Assembly: GCA_028534125.1 (NCBI GenBank)
Contig: CM052827.1
Span: 33,914,001 to 33,978,000, forward strand
DNA: 64,000 nucleotides
Source: Lama glama
Lineage: Eukaryota
Reading direction: 5' to 3'
A program made the translations under genes and the position numbers. The notes under the pieces were generated by a model. It was not told where the DNA came from. It searched no databases and worked only from the letters and a program-made list of their open reading frames with translations. Positions 28,960-40,287 of the stretch are shown here, one piece after another (within the stretch, counting starts at the first letter, position 1; each line of letters starts with the position of its first letter).

Positions 28960-30195
28960 CTGACAGGGGCATGCCCTTTGTGGCTGGGACACAGACTGTC
29001 TGACCTGGGGGCTGCCTGGGGACTTCCCCCCACCCACCTGTACACAGCTTGAGAGCTGCAAACTCCTGGTTTTCCCAACCTTCCCTCACTGCACACTTTT
29101 GGCCACAAGTCCCACTCCTGCACCAACACGTGTACTGTGCTGAGAGAGCAGGGAAAAGGGGCTTAGCTCCCTTCACTGTGGAGCCAAAGTGTTCACCTCT
29201 CCTTTTGGGGGGCCTTCCCCCACAGGGTACCCTCCCTGGGCCCTCCCAGAATTCAGGCTCAGCTGCCACCCAGTGGCACAGAACCAAGGACCCGCCATCA
29301 TCCTCACAGGACAGTTTGTCTAATCCCACTGCCCTGTATCTGTCAGCCCCTCCCTCTTCTAGAAGGAAGCATGGGGCAGGGATGGGCACTTGCCAGCACC
29401 ACCTCTAGTCTCCTTTACTTCCTTCCACTCCCTATCCTACAGCTCCTTCTGGACCTCTCGTGTACCCCACTTCTGCTGGCCTCTTGGCACTGAGAACCTG
29501 TAGGTGGTGGTAGTGGGGGTGCTAACAGGAAGGGACAGAGATCTCTAGCTAGGAATCTGGGCGGGTGAGTCCCTGAGGATTGGCCCAACCTCCCTCTGCC
29601 CCATAGCCCCCCTCTTGTTTATTNNNNNNNNNNNNNNNNNNNNNNNNNNNNNNNNNNNNNNNNNNNNNNNNNNNNNNNNNNNNNNNNNNNNNNNNNNNNN
29701 NNNNNNNNNNNNNNNNNNNNNNNNNNNNNNNNNNNNNNNNNNNNNNNNNNNNNNNAATAAAGACCATGCCTAAGGCTATCTGTGATCTGGTTCTTTCAGG
29801 GCCCCTCCCTGGGACTCTGCTGGATTGGTGTTGGGATTGGGAGGGTCACCTTTCTAGGAAAGAAGGTGTGGCGGTGCTGACAGCCCGCCCTCCCCACCAC
29901 CACCTGCCGCACCTTGGGGCGGGGCAGGGCCGCCTCTGCGGGGCGGGGTTAGGGCAGGCGCCATCCAACCCTACCCTCCTACCCCGGACTCCAACCCGGA
30001 ACTAGCCTCGGCTCCGGCTCCCTTGGGAAGGCCGCGGCGCCTTGTCAGGAGTGGGAACCTGGGCTTTGAGCGCGGGCCACAGGAACCAAACCTCGGACAG
30101 AGGAACACCTTCATCTTCAGGGGCCTCAGACCAGGCGTGCCTTCCGCGGGAAGTTGCACGTCTGGAGTACAGAGGCCCTCACCCCTCTGATTGGC

Positions 30196-33100
30196 ATGGC
30201 GCCCCCGCGGAATGTGGTGAAGATCGCCGTCCAGATGCGTGACGCCATCCCTCAGCTCATCCAGCTGGACCAGGTCACCTGGACTCCACCCTACCACCCA
30301 CCTCCGGGTCGCCCCTTTCCCCTCCAACATACGACCCTCCCCCTCCCCAGGCTCCTCCCCACTCCCTCCCTGTTGAGTGACCGCTCCACTTGCAGGCAAA
30401 ACCCCTGGCTGCTGTGCTGAAGGAGGTGTGCGACGCGTGAGTGTGGGCCTCCCAGGCGCAGGGGTGGGGGTGGTGGGTGGAATGGGGGCAGGAGGGAGAA
30501 GTTCCCCCCCAACCAGCTCACTGAGTCTCTGCTGCCCACAGGTGGAGCCTGCTTCACTCTGAGCGCTATGCCCTCCAGTTTGCTGATGGGCACAGGAGAT
30601 ACATCACTGAGAATGTGAGTCCCCTCTCGTCCTTGGCCCCATATTCCACTGTATGACCCCTTCTAACCCACCTGGCCCTGACTTCTCAGACTCATCATCC
30701 CACTGTCTAGAACCTGATCTTTCTTTTACTGACTCCCAAATCTTCCCTGGTTGACAACTCAATTAACCAATCCTCAGAGCTCTTCCTGACTTCTCTCCAT
30801 TTTTGACCACCTTTTCCAGAACCGCATGGAGATCAAGAATGGCAGCATCTTGTGCCTCAGCACTGCTCCAGTAATGCCCCCCCCCCCCACCCTGCCCTCA
30901 CTCCCTGTCCCTCTCCTCTTTTCTGCCCACCTGCGCCTCTGCCCCAGGTCTGGAGGCTCCAGGCCAGCAGTGCCCCACCTAGTGGACACATTCCCAGTTC
31001 CCACTCCTTACCTCCTCACCTCTGCTCTTGCTCCCAATCCTGCCAGGACCTTGAGGCTGAGCGGCTGTTGGGTGGGCTGCAGAGCGAGAGTCGTGAAGGG
31101 CGCCGGGAAGCCCTGCGGCACCTCGTCCTGTTGGCCCCAGACATGACCTTCGCCCGGGAGGTTATCAGCCGTGATGGGCTTCAGAGACTAGGCACCATCA
31201 TTGAGGATGGGGACGAGTGAGCACAGGGCTGTGGTGGGTGGTGGACATGATGGGGCTGGGGGTCCTGGTGTAGCCCTGCTCAGCCCCACATGTCCCTCCA
31301 GCCTAGGGGAGGTGCTGGCCCTCACACTGAGGGCCTTCTTGGAGCTCATGGAGCATGGCGTGGTGTCCTGGGAGACACTCAGCATCCCCTTTGTTAGGAA
31401 GGTGGGTAGGAGTTTCTAGGGGCAGTGGGGTGGTGTCAGGGTCTAACCTTCCATGGTGATGAGGTGGTGACAACTCCTGCTTCTCTTACAGGTGGTGTGC
31501 TACGTGAACATGAACCTGATGGATGCATCTGTGCAGCCCTTGGCCCTGGGGTTGCTGGAGAGTGTGACCTTGAGCAGCCCTGCCCTGGGCCAGCTGGTCA
31601 AGAGCGAGGTGCCATTGGATAGGCTGCTGGTGCACCTACAGGTGTAAGTGTCTGGGGTGGGATTCAGATGAGGGGAGTGTGGCTGGACTCCAGATGGCTG
31701 GTTGAGCCCTCTTCTTGCCCCAGGATGAACCAGCAGCTGCAAACCAAGGCCATGGCACTGCTGACAGCTTTGCTGCAGGGAGCCAGCCCTGCTGAACGTA
31801 AGGTAGGTATGCATCCAGTGGCTGGATGAGGGGCAGGAACTGGTGGGTGCTGTGCTCCACCCTAGGCGTACAGGGTGCATGCTCATGGTGGAGTTAAATC
31901 ACCTAAGTCCCCCTTCCCACCCACCTCAGCACATGCTTGACTACCTGTGGCAGAGAAACCTTCGCCAGTTCATCTACAAGGTAAGAAGGACCAGACCAGG
32001 CAGACCCCTCCCAACTCCTCTCCTCCTGAGCCCACACTCACATCCACGGACTGCCTGTTCTCCAGAACATCATCCACAGTGCAGCGCCACTGGGCGACGA
32101 GATGGCTCACCACTTGTACGTACTGCAGGCCCTTACACTTGGGCTGCTGGAACCACGCATGCGCACGCCACTGGACCCCTACAGCCAGGTAGCACAAACC
32201 TCTGGGATGCACAAGGCTGGGGATGGCTGGAGCTTGGCTTTGACTCTTCAGTCTTGACACCCCTCCAACAATGACCCCAGGAGCAGCGGGAGCAGCTACA
32301 AGCCCTGCGCCAGGCTGCTTTTGAGCCAGAGGGGGAGCCCCTGGGTGCTGGGCTGAGTGCTGACCGTCGTCGTTCCCTCTGTGCCCGCGAGTTCCGCAAA
32401 CTGGGCTTCTCTGTGAGTGACCCCTACAAAGCTCCACACCCCCACCTCAGCCTGAGACTGCTGTTATTCCAGAGGGCTGGGAGCCCTTCCTGACTGGCTT
32501 GTCCCCCTTCCCTAGAACAGCAACCCTGCGCAGGACCTGGAGCGTGTGCCCCCTGGCCTGCTGGCCCTGGACAACATGCTCTACTTTTCCAGACATGCAC
32601 CCAGTGCCTACAGCCGGGTCAGTGACTGGGCGGGGTGGGATAGCAGGAAGCCACCTAAGCAGGATCTCCATGGGCTGTCATGATTCCTCACCCAATTCTG
32701 TGTTCCCATCATCCAGTTTGTGTTGGAAAACAGCAGCCGTGAGGACAAGCATGAGTGCCCCTTTGCCCGGAGCAGCATCCAGCTAACTGTGCTGCTGTGT
32801 GAGCTGCTCCATGTCGGAGAGCCCTGTGAGTGGTGCTCAGGGCACAGCGTGTCTAGGAACGGGGGACGGAAGGGCAGAGAGGGCCAGGGGCTGCACACAC
32901 TTTCTCCCTGAGCCCCTCCTGCCCCCCCACTCCAGGCTCCGAAACAGCCCAGGACTTTTCGCCCATGTTCTTCAGTCAAGACCAGAGCTTCCACGAGCTC
33001 TTCTGTGTGAGCATCCAGCTGCTGAATAAGACCTGGAAGGAGATGCGGGCCACTCAGGAGGACTTTGACAAGGTGCGTAGGATGGGAGCAGAGAGCCCTG

Positions 33101-34406
33101 GGCCAGGGCAGGGGGCTGTTCTGGGTCAAGGCCCAGAGCTCAGGCCTTGAGCTGAGCTTGGGGTGGCCCCAGGTCATGCAAGTGGTGCGGGAGCAGCTGG
33201 CCCGCACACTGGCCCTGAAGCCCAGCTCCCTAGAGCTCTTCCGAACCAAGGTGAACACGCTCACCTATGGGGAGGTGCTGCGGTTGCGGCAGACCGAGCG
33301 GCTGCATCAGGAAGGCACGCTGGCCCCTCCCATTCTGTGAGTTGGTGGGGATGGGTCCCAATCCTTGCCCCTGCCTTCCCTGCTGCCCTATGGGCCTTGC
33401 CCAGGTCAGTCCTGGTCAGTGAGCCCCCTCCTCTCACCCAGGGAGCTGCGGGAGAAGCTGAAGCCAGAGCTCATGGGCCTGATCCGCCAGCAGCGTTTGC
33501 TCCGCCTCTGCGAGGGGACACTCTTCCGCAAGATCAGCAGCCGTCGGCGCCAGGGTCATTACGTGGGCGGGGGGAGGGGGTAGAGGGAGGCTGGGTTGGG
33601 GTCAGGGAGTGTCCCTCTCATCACTCCTTACCTCTGCCCCTTTCTGCCCACAGACAAGCTGTGGTTCTGCTGCCTGTCCCCCAACCACAAGGTGCTGCAG
33701 TATGGGGATGTGGAGGAGGGTTCTGGCCCCCCGGTCCCGGAGAGCCTGCCTGAGCAGCGTAAGGAGGGCAGGGTGGGGGTCAGACACCTGCTTTCCCCAG
33801 ACCACCCCATGTCCCAGGACCGCCTGGGGTCCCAGTGGTCAGCCCAACCGTCTTCCTGCAGTCCCCGTGGCCGACATCAGGGCACTACTGACAGGCAAGG
33901 ACTGCCCTCATGTCCGGGAGAAGGGCTCGGGGAAGCAGAACAAGGTGAGTGCAGTGGGGACCAGGGGTTCCTTCCCGCCTGCCCCCTGCTCAGTGCTTCT
34001 GCCTCCCTTGCTTCCTTAGGACTTTTGTGAGTTAGCTTTCTCAATCAGCTATGACCACGGGGAGGAGGAGGCCTACCTCAACTTCATTGCCCCATCCAAA
34101 CGGGAGGTAAGTGTCTGGGCAGGTTGAGCAGAGTTGGGCAGATGGGCAGGGGAAGAGACGGGTAGGCCCTCATGGAGCTGGCCCCGTCCCCAGTTCCACC
34201 TGTGGACAGATGGGCTGAGTGCCCTGCTGGGCAGTCCCATGGGCAGTGAGCAGACACGGCTGGACCTGGAACAGCTGCTGACCATGGAAACCAAGCTGCG
34301 GTTGTTGGAACTGGAGAACGTGCCCATCCCTGAGCAGCCACCCCCCATCCCCCCACCCCCCACCAACTTCAACTTCTGCTATGACTGCAGCATTGCTGAA
34401 CCCTGA
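30196..34406 (+). CDS. ELMO3: Engulfment and cell motility protein 3, 720 aa
   Basis: 20 exons: 30196-30273, 30396-30436, 30542-30614, 30820-30870, 31047-31216, 31302-31401, 31492-31643, 31724-31802, 31930-31980, 32066-32188, 32281-32412, 32516-32617, 32717-32825, 32936-33072, 33173-33336, 33442-33554, 33654-33758, 33862-33944, 34020-34106, 34194-34406. Total 2163 nt, open. [14 protein letters not shown]; ELMO domain ([18 protein letters not shown]); PH domain; C-terminal PxxP. AATAAA at 34509-34514. Confidence 0.97.
32861..32934 (-). ncRNA. MIR328: pre-miR-328 hairpin, antisense within ELMO3 intron 13
   Basis: Reverse complement reads UGGAGUGGGGGGGCAGGAGGGGCUCAGGGAGAAAGUGUGUGCAGCCCCUGGCCCUCUCUGCCCUUCCGUCCCCC. 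The mature 3p CUGGCCCUCUCUGCCCUUCCGU (32866-32887) matches miR-328-3p as recalled. The 5p arm is at 32906-32928. Confidence 0.95.
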
Positions 34407-35813
34407 CAGTGAAGCTGTTCAAGGGCCACAGCTGCTGCTACTGTGGTAGCCACAAAGGGTGGCGGGTGGAGAAGCACAGACACCCTGACCAGCAGATACT
34501 GCAGCAGAAATAAAGCCTGCTTGGCTGTTGGATATGTGTCAAGCCAGCTCTGAACCCTGCAGGCCACACTTGCCTTCAAATATAGCTGGCGTAGAAGACA
34601 GGGGAATCAGACCAGGGCCGCAGCTTAGGGCCACAAATCTGGGCAGCTACAGTTGAGGGGTGGGTGTTCTGAAAGAGTAGGGACAGGCTGGCCCTCTTAC
34701 CCTTCCCCAAGATGAGTCCTCATCTTTCCTCAGTGCTAGCCCTGCAGTCTGGTGGCACCAGCCAAAGTGGGTCTGGGGCTGCCAGTGTCTCCCTATTGCC
34801 CTTGGGATAATGGTCATGGTACCAAGATTAAACAGAGTTGAGATGGGTTGCAGACATGTTGTGGTTTAGCCCTTCCAACAGAGTGCCTGTGGCTTGCAGG
34901 GTTCTCAGTGCTTGGTCCAAGCTGGCATCCTCCCTCCCAAGAGGCTGGGACCACCCCTACCCCCAGTGCCAGCTCTGGCCTGTCCACACGCACTTCCCTG
35001 GTCCCTTCTGCTTCATTGTCCCCTTCCTTTCCTCCACTTTTTAAACTCACCTGAGTCTTCCTTGACCTCCTAAGCTAAGTTCATTGCTCCCCTGGGTTCC
35101 TAGTCCCAGGAGCTTGTTTATTTGTGCACACCCTACACACTGCACTGGCCCTGCCTGTTGGCTAATATGCTTCCCCAACTGGCCTTAGGGCTGGGAGAGC
35201 TTCAGCAGCTCTGACTCCCCACATAAAGCACAGTGCCTGCAGGTACTCAGGCAGCCCAGTTAGCTGTCCTAGAACTAGTGAACTGATAGATGAACAAAGC
35301 ATGGGTGGATGCATGGGAGACAGACTGTTTCTCAGAGCTGTTTGAGAAGTCACCAGCACTGTTCAGGAGAATGGACTAGATGTCCTCTAATGACTCTTTA
35401 TACCCAGAGATGCTGGCCTCTTGTTCTTTTCCAGAGGACAGCCTCACTGACTCAGGCATCCTTAGTCACCATGCTCTTGGGGTCTGGCTGGGACAAGTGC
35501 ACACAGATGTGCCTTTGCTACAGGCCATGTCCTGGGGCTCGTGCTGGGGAAAGGCCTCTGGAGTCTCTGGGGAAGAAGCTAAGACCCACTGAGGGCACCT
35601 GCAGGGCTTTGGGCCAGAAGAAGAAGTTGTCTGTCCCTCTGGTGTTTCCTACACATTGTCTGTGGGCTGGGCTGGGCTGTTTCAACTGAGGTGGGGAGGG
35701 GAGGGACCCTAGAGTCTGAGAACTTCAAACAAGGAGGTAAGATCTGGAATTTTTTAATCTTGTTGGGCGTACAACAAAGACTGCTAAAGCTCAGTGCTGG
35801 CAGGGGGCTGGGA

Positions 35814-35868
35814 GAGCTCCTGTAGGGAACAAGGTGGCGCGCGCGAGCTCCTGTAGGGAATAAGGTGG
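35814..35868. repeat. 24-bp direct repeat separated by a CGCGCGC spacer
   Basis: gagctcctgtagggaacaaggtgg (35814-35837) and gagctcctgtagggaataaggtgg (35845-35868), one mismatch. Confidence 0.85.
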
Positions 35869-38800
35869 GCACAGGCCTTAGTGTGAGAAGTGGACAGGGC
35901 AAGAGGCAGAAGGTCTGCTCCTCCCCAGCCCACCTGTAACCCTGGCCTCTGAACCCAGCCCTGGACAGGAGAGCAGGAGCTGCCATTTCCAGGGGTCTGT
36001 GACCGTGACATGTAGCTGGAAAACGTCCCTGCTGGGTTGTGGGGCAGAGTAGGGCAGGAAGCCCCTTGGGCTGCCCTGGATGAGTCCCACCCCTAGTCCT
36101 AGAAAAGGAGAAGGGGCTCTGGGGCATGTAGCAGAAGGAGACAGAAGGCACTGAGTCAAACTCTAGGTCAAGAAGCCAGGGCTGAGGACTCTGGAGTTGA
36201 CGGAGGCTGAGCTGCAGGGCTGGTTACTGACCTGGCCTCAGAGTGTTAGGGTCAGGTCAGCACCCCCCACGAAGCGGGACTGGACACAGGTCACCTGGGG
36301 CAGTTGGGCTTGGAAGCACCTGACAGAAGCCATGCTGATGCCAGGACACATGGCCACATCTAACGTCTGGAGTTGCTTGCACGCTTGCCCAGTGGTATCC
36401 AGTGTTCTGCAGGGAGGCCACTAGATGAGTGCCCAACTCAGCATCGGCCCCAGCCAAACCCCTGTACTGTGGCAACACCGGACACACTCACTGCTCTGTA
36501 AGCCGACTGCAGCTGGACAGGTTGAGATGCCGCAGCCTCGGCCAGGAGCTGGCTGCCTGGGCCCAGCCCTTGTCGTTGAGGAGGCTGCAGTGACTCAGCG
36601 CCAAGCGCTCCAGGCTGGGACAACCCCTGGCCACAGCCACCAAGCCCTTGTCTGTAAGTGCGGGCAACAGGCTCAGTGACAACTGCTTCAGCTGGGGGAA
36701 CTGGAGCACCTGTAAGGATGGGGGTGGGGTGGAGGGTAATGTGTACTGGAGCCCAGGTCTAGGGCCCTTCCAACTTCCTCTGCCCCCAGACAAAGGAATG
36801 GCCAAAGCAGCAGAAGCCCATAAGAAAGGAAGTTTTTCCAAGCAAAAAGTGGGTTGGCCCAGACCCCTGGCTCCAGCCCCCAGCCCCACACCTTGGTCAA
36901 ACTGGCATCAGTCAGCTTACTGCAGGCTGTGAGGTCCAACTCCCGCAGGGCCTGCAGCGTGAGCAGGGAGGGGTCCTGTGGCTGGGGAGAAGGGTTCTTG
37001 GGGCTGGAGGCCTGATGCTCCAGCTCTCGGTGTGGCTGTGGGAAGAAGCCCCTGCCTCAGGTTCCTCCTGAGTTTGACCCTCAAATGTTCCCAGAGAGAG
37101 ACTTAGGAGGGGTAGGAGGGCAGAGAACGCCCCACCCACCTGACCTCCAGGGTCCCTCACCTGGGCTCTTTCAAAGCCTCCTCACTTGGTTCCCTCAGCC
37201 CCAGAAACCCCCAGTCATGGAGCTCCTTGCACCAGGCCAGACACAGGACTGAGAGGTGGGTAAGATAGGTGCAGATGGCTTGCATGGTTTGGTCGGTGAG
37301 GGCCACACAGGAGGATAAGTCTAGCACCCTAAGGCTTGGGCTCAGCACGGGGATCAGGGAGAACACTGAGGCGTCCTAGGAGGGAAGTGTAAAAGGGAGA
37401 GGGCAGTGGAGAGGTGTGCCTGTGTCACCAGGCTTGGCAGGGATCACTAGTAGGGTTCTGCCCAAGGTTCCAGCCCCACAGACAATAGGGAGCTACCACA
37501 GGGTCCTTCGAAGGAAGCAACAATGTTCTGGTGCTGGTGAAAGTCAGTGTAGATGGATGAGGTGGGTTCTAGAGATGCAGCACCAGGAGAAGGACAAATT
37601 GGCTGGGGCAGGAAGGATGCAGGTGAAAATTTCTGTGGTATTCACCTTGCCTATGCTCCCAGCACCAGTGGCGGACATCTGATCCTAGCTGAGCCAGTCA
37701 GACATGCTCCTGCTAGAACTGTGAGGTCACAGACCAGGTAGGGCTGCCACCTGCCAGGAGCAACTGGGGTTAGGTAGGGGGAGCAGGAATTAAGCACAGA
37801 ATAGAGGAAGCTGGTTTGTAGTGAGATGCAGAGACATGAGAATGTGGGGCCCCAGAGAGAGCAGCTAAGAGACACACAGCAGTGAAGATGGAATAGGACA
37901 GGGGAAGAGAGGCGCCTGTGGGGAAAAAGGCTGAGATGGTTTTCAGGTTAGGAATGCCCTGGCCACAGTGCTAGACTGAAGGAATAATCAGCTAACGAGG
38001 GAGAGACTGACATTGCCAAGATAGGGACACCACCCAGAGGGGCAGGGCTGAGCCCTACTGAAGAAACTGGCTTCAGCCAAGAAATGACCCTTCTGCTCCC
38101 ACATCACATTCCCTCCCTCGGACCCTGCCAGAGCAACCACTTCGGTGGAACCTCAGTGCCCCTTCCCCGCAGGACTGGGTTCTGTCACCCCTTCTACCAG
38201 CCTTCCCGGCTTCCAGAACACCTGCCCCCAGAGCTGCTCCAAAGACTGCAGTGGTCACTAAGCACTTGGCTTGTGAGGTGTGTGCCACCTTGGGGGCTGG
38301 ACCACCCTGATCTCTTGGACCTCCCTCTACCTGGACCCACTGTTGGGGCTGCAGGGAGGAGTGTTGGTGGCAGCACTGTCTATCTAGGCTCCTTTCCGCT
38401 TCCAGACTATGTCCCCAGTTCAGTTCTACTACTACCACTTGGACATGAACACTGGGCACCTCCCTGATGCCACATTCCCAGTCACCCCAGCCCTTAGCCC
38501 TGGTGGGGAAGGAACGAAGGGGATGGGATGCTCACCTTGAGTGAGGAGCAGTAGGCCAGGCTGAGGGAGGCCAATGGGGGTGGAGCTCCATGCACCGAGC
38601 CCAGCGCCTGGGCCAGTTCCCACCCTCTCACCTGGCAGCACTCGGCCATGTTGAGGCTCTGCAGCTCCTGCAGGCCCCCTAGGGCTGAGCATCCCGCATC
38701 TGTGACCCGCTGCAGCTTCCTCAGGCTCAGGTGCTGCAGGTGCTGCAGGTGCTGCAGGCCTCAGCTCACAGCCAGGAGCGCCCCTTCAGACAGTTAGTTC

Positions 38801-40226
38801 TGAGCAGCCACTGAGGTCCAAGGAGGTAAGGCCTGGTTGCTGGTAGCAAAGAGCAGCCACAGCCTCTGTGGAGAGGTCCTGGCATCTGTGCAAGCTCAGC
38901 TCCTGCAGCTGCAGCCCGGCCACCTGGCCCAGGGCCTGTAGGGCCTTGGGTGGCAAGCCAGTGCCACTCAGGTCCAGGGCGCACAGCCTACCAGCCCGCT
39001 CCTTCACAAATCGCAGCAGGTTGTGAAAGGAGAGTTGGGAGGGGGAGGAGTCCTAGGGGCCGATGGAGCCCCTGGCTGGGCCTTGTTCGAAGGTGAGGTA
39101 GCAGTAGGCCAAAGAGAGGCGCTCCAGGCTGGGGGCACAGCTACTGAGACGGTTGAAGCTGAGATCAGCCAGGTCCCGCAGGCTAGCCAGGTTGAGCTCA
39201 CAGAGGCCACTCAGTGCCTGCTGGACCCTCTGTGCTGTCTCAGGCTGAGCTAGCAGCATGCCCGATGTGAAGAGACTGTTGCAGCCACTGAGGTCAAGGA
39301 TACACAGGGCCAGGCAGCCCAGGATCAGGGCCACAAAGGAGGCCTCTGTGGGGCTGCCCCCACCGAGGCACAAACTCTGCAGGTGTGAGCCCATGTGGTA
39401 GGCAACAGACTGCAGCACCCGGTGTGAAGCCGGCGAGCCATCCAGGTTGGTCAGGCTGATGCAGGAGATGCCCCTGAGACCCAGGCTCTTGATGGCCGGA
39501 AGGGAGGCAGAGGACACAGGGATGTTATACCACACGTTGGTCTAAGAAGCAGCATTGGGCCTGGGGTTAGCCCTCTGGCCTCAGAGTGTGCTGGGCATTA
39601 GGTCTGGTGGCCATTTGCTGGCTAGAGTTTGAGGGCAGGTCAGGCAAGGGCCCTTCTACAATAGGGACCCACTGTGGTGTGTGGTGTCTTGTGTGGTTGA
39701 AGAGGTGCTGATGGAAGTGGGAGGTAGGACGAGGTCACACTGGGTCTCAAAAGGGATGACTATGAGGGGAGGGCAGGAAAGTTAGTGATGGATGGGACTG
39801 AATGCCTGCCGCGGGAGGGGCTGGGTCAGAGCGGGGACTTGGCATTCTTGCTGGGTATAGGAGGGCTGGAGGGTGGCCTGGAGGAGACCCAGCGAAGCCC
39901 CCAGGGAGCAGGAGGACAAAGTGTGCTGGATCCCAAGCTTTGCGACTTTCAGAAGGTGGCCCTGAGACCCATGGACTCAGCTCCCAATCCAGGGCCTCAG
40001 CTTGGCATTAGCCAAGCAACTAGCCTCCCCTACTTTCTTGAGAACATATAAATAGCCCTCAGAACAGCTGAAGGCTGGAAGAAGCAACACAGGTGTCACC
40101 AGCATCCTCCGTGGCCGAGGTGCCAGAGATCTGGGGCAGGCAGTGAGGCCTAGGTCCCCTGGTGGCCTCAGTGTCTCAGCCACATGAATGTTTGCAAAAA
40201 CGGGTTTTGTGTGTGACTGAAAATAT

Positions 40227-40287
40227 TGCGCATGCACGTGCGTGCGAGATGTGCGCATGCGTGTGTGCATGCGCGCTCACGTGTGTG
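40227..40287. promoter_or_regulatory. Alternating purine-pyrimidine tract with NRF1-like (TGCGCATGC) and E-box (CACGTG) motifs
   Basis: tgcgcatgca at 40227, cacgtg at 40235, tgcgcatgcg at 40252, tgcatgcgcg at 40266, cacgtg at 40278. Confidence 0.4.

Noticed and set aside
36892-37035. Suspected extra frameshift in LRRC29 exon 5
   Set aside because: A recount gives 144 nt, open and in frame (PHRELEHQ...DPSLLTLQALRELDLTACSKLTDASLTK).
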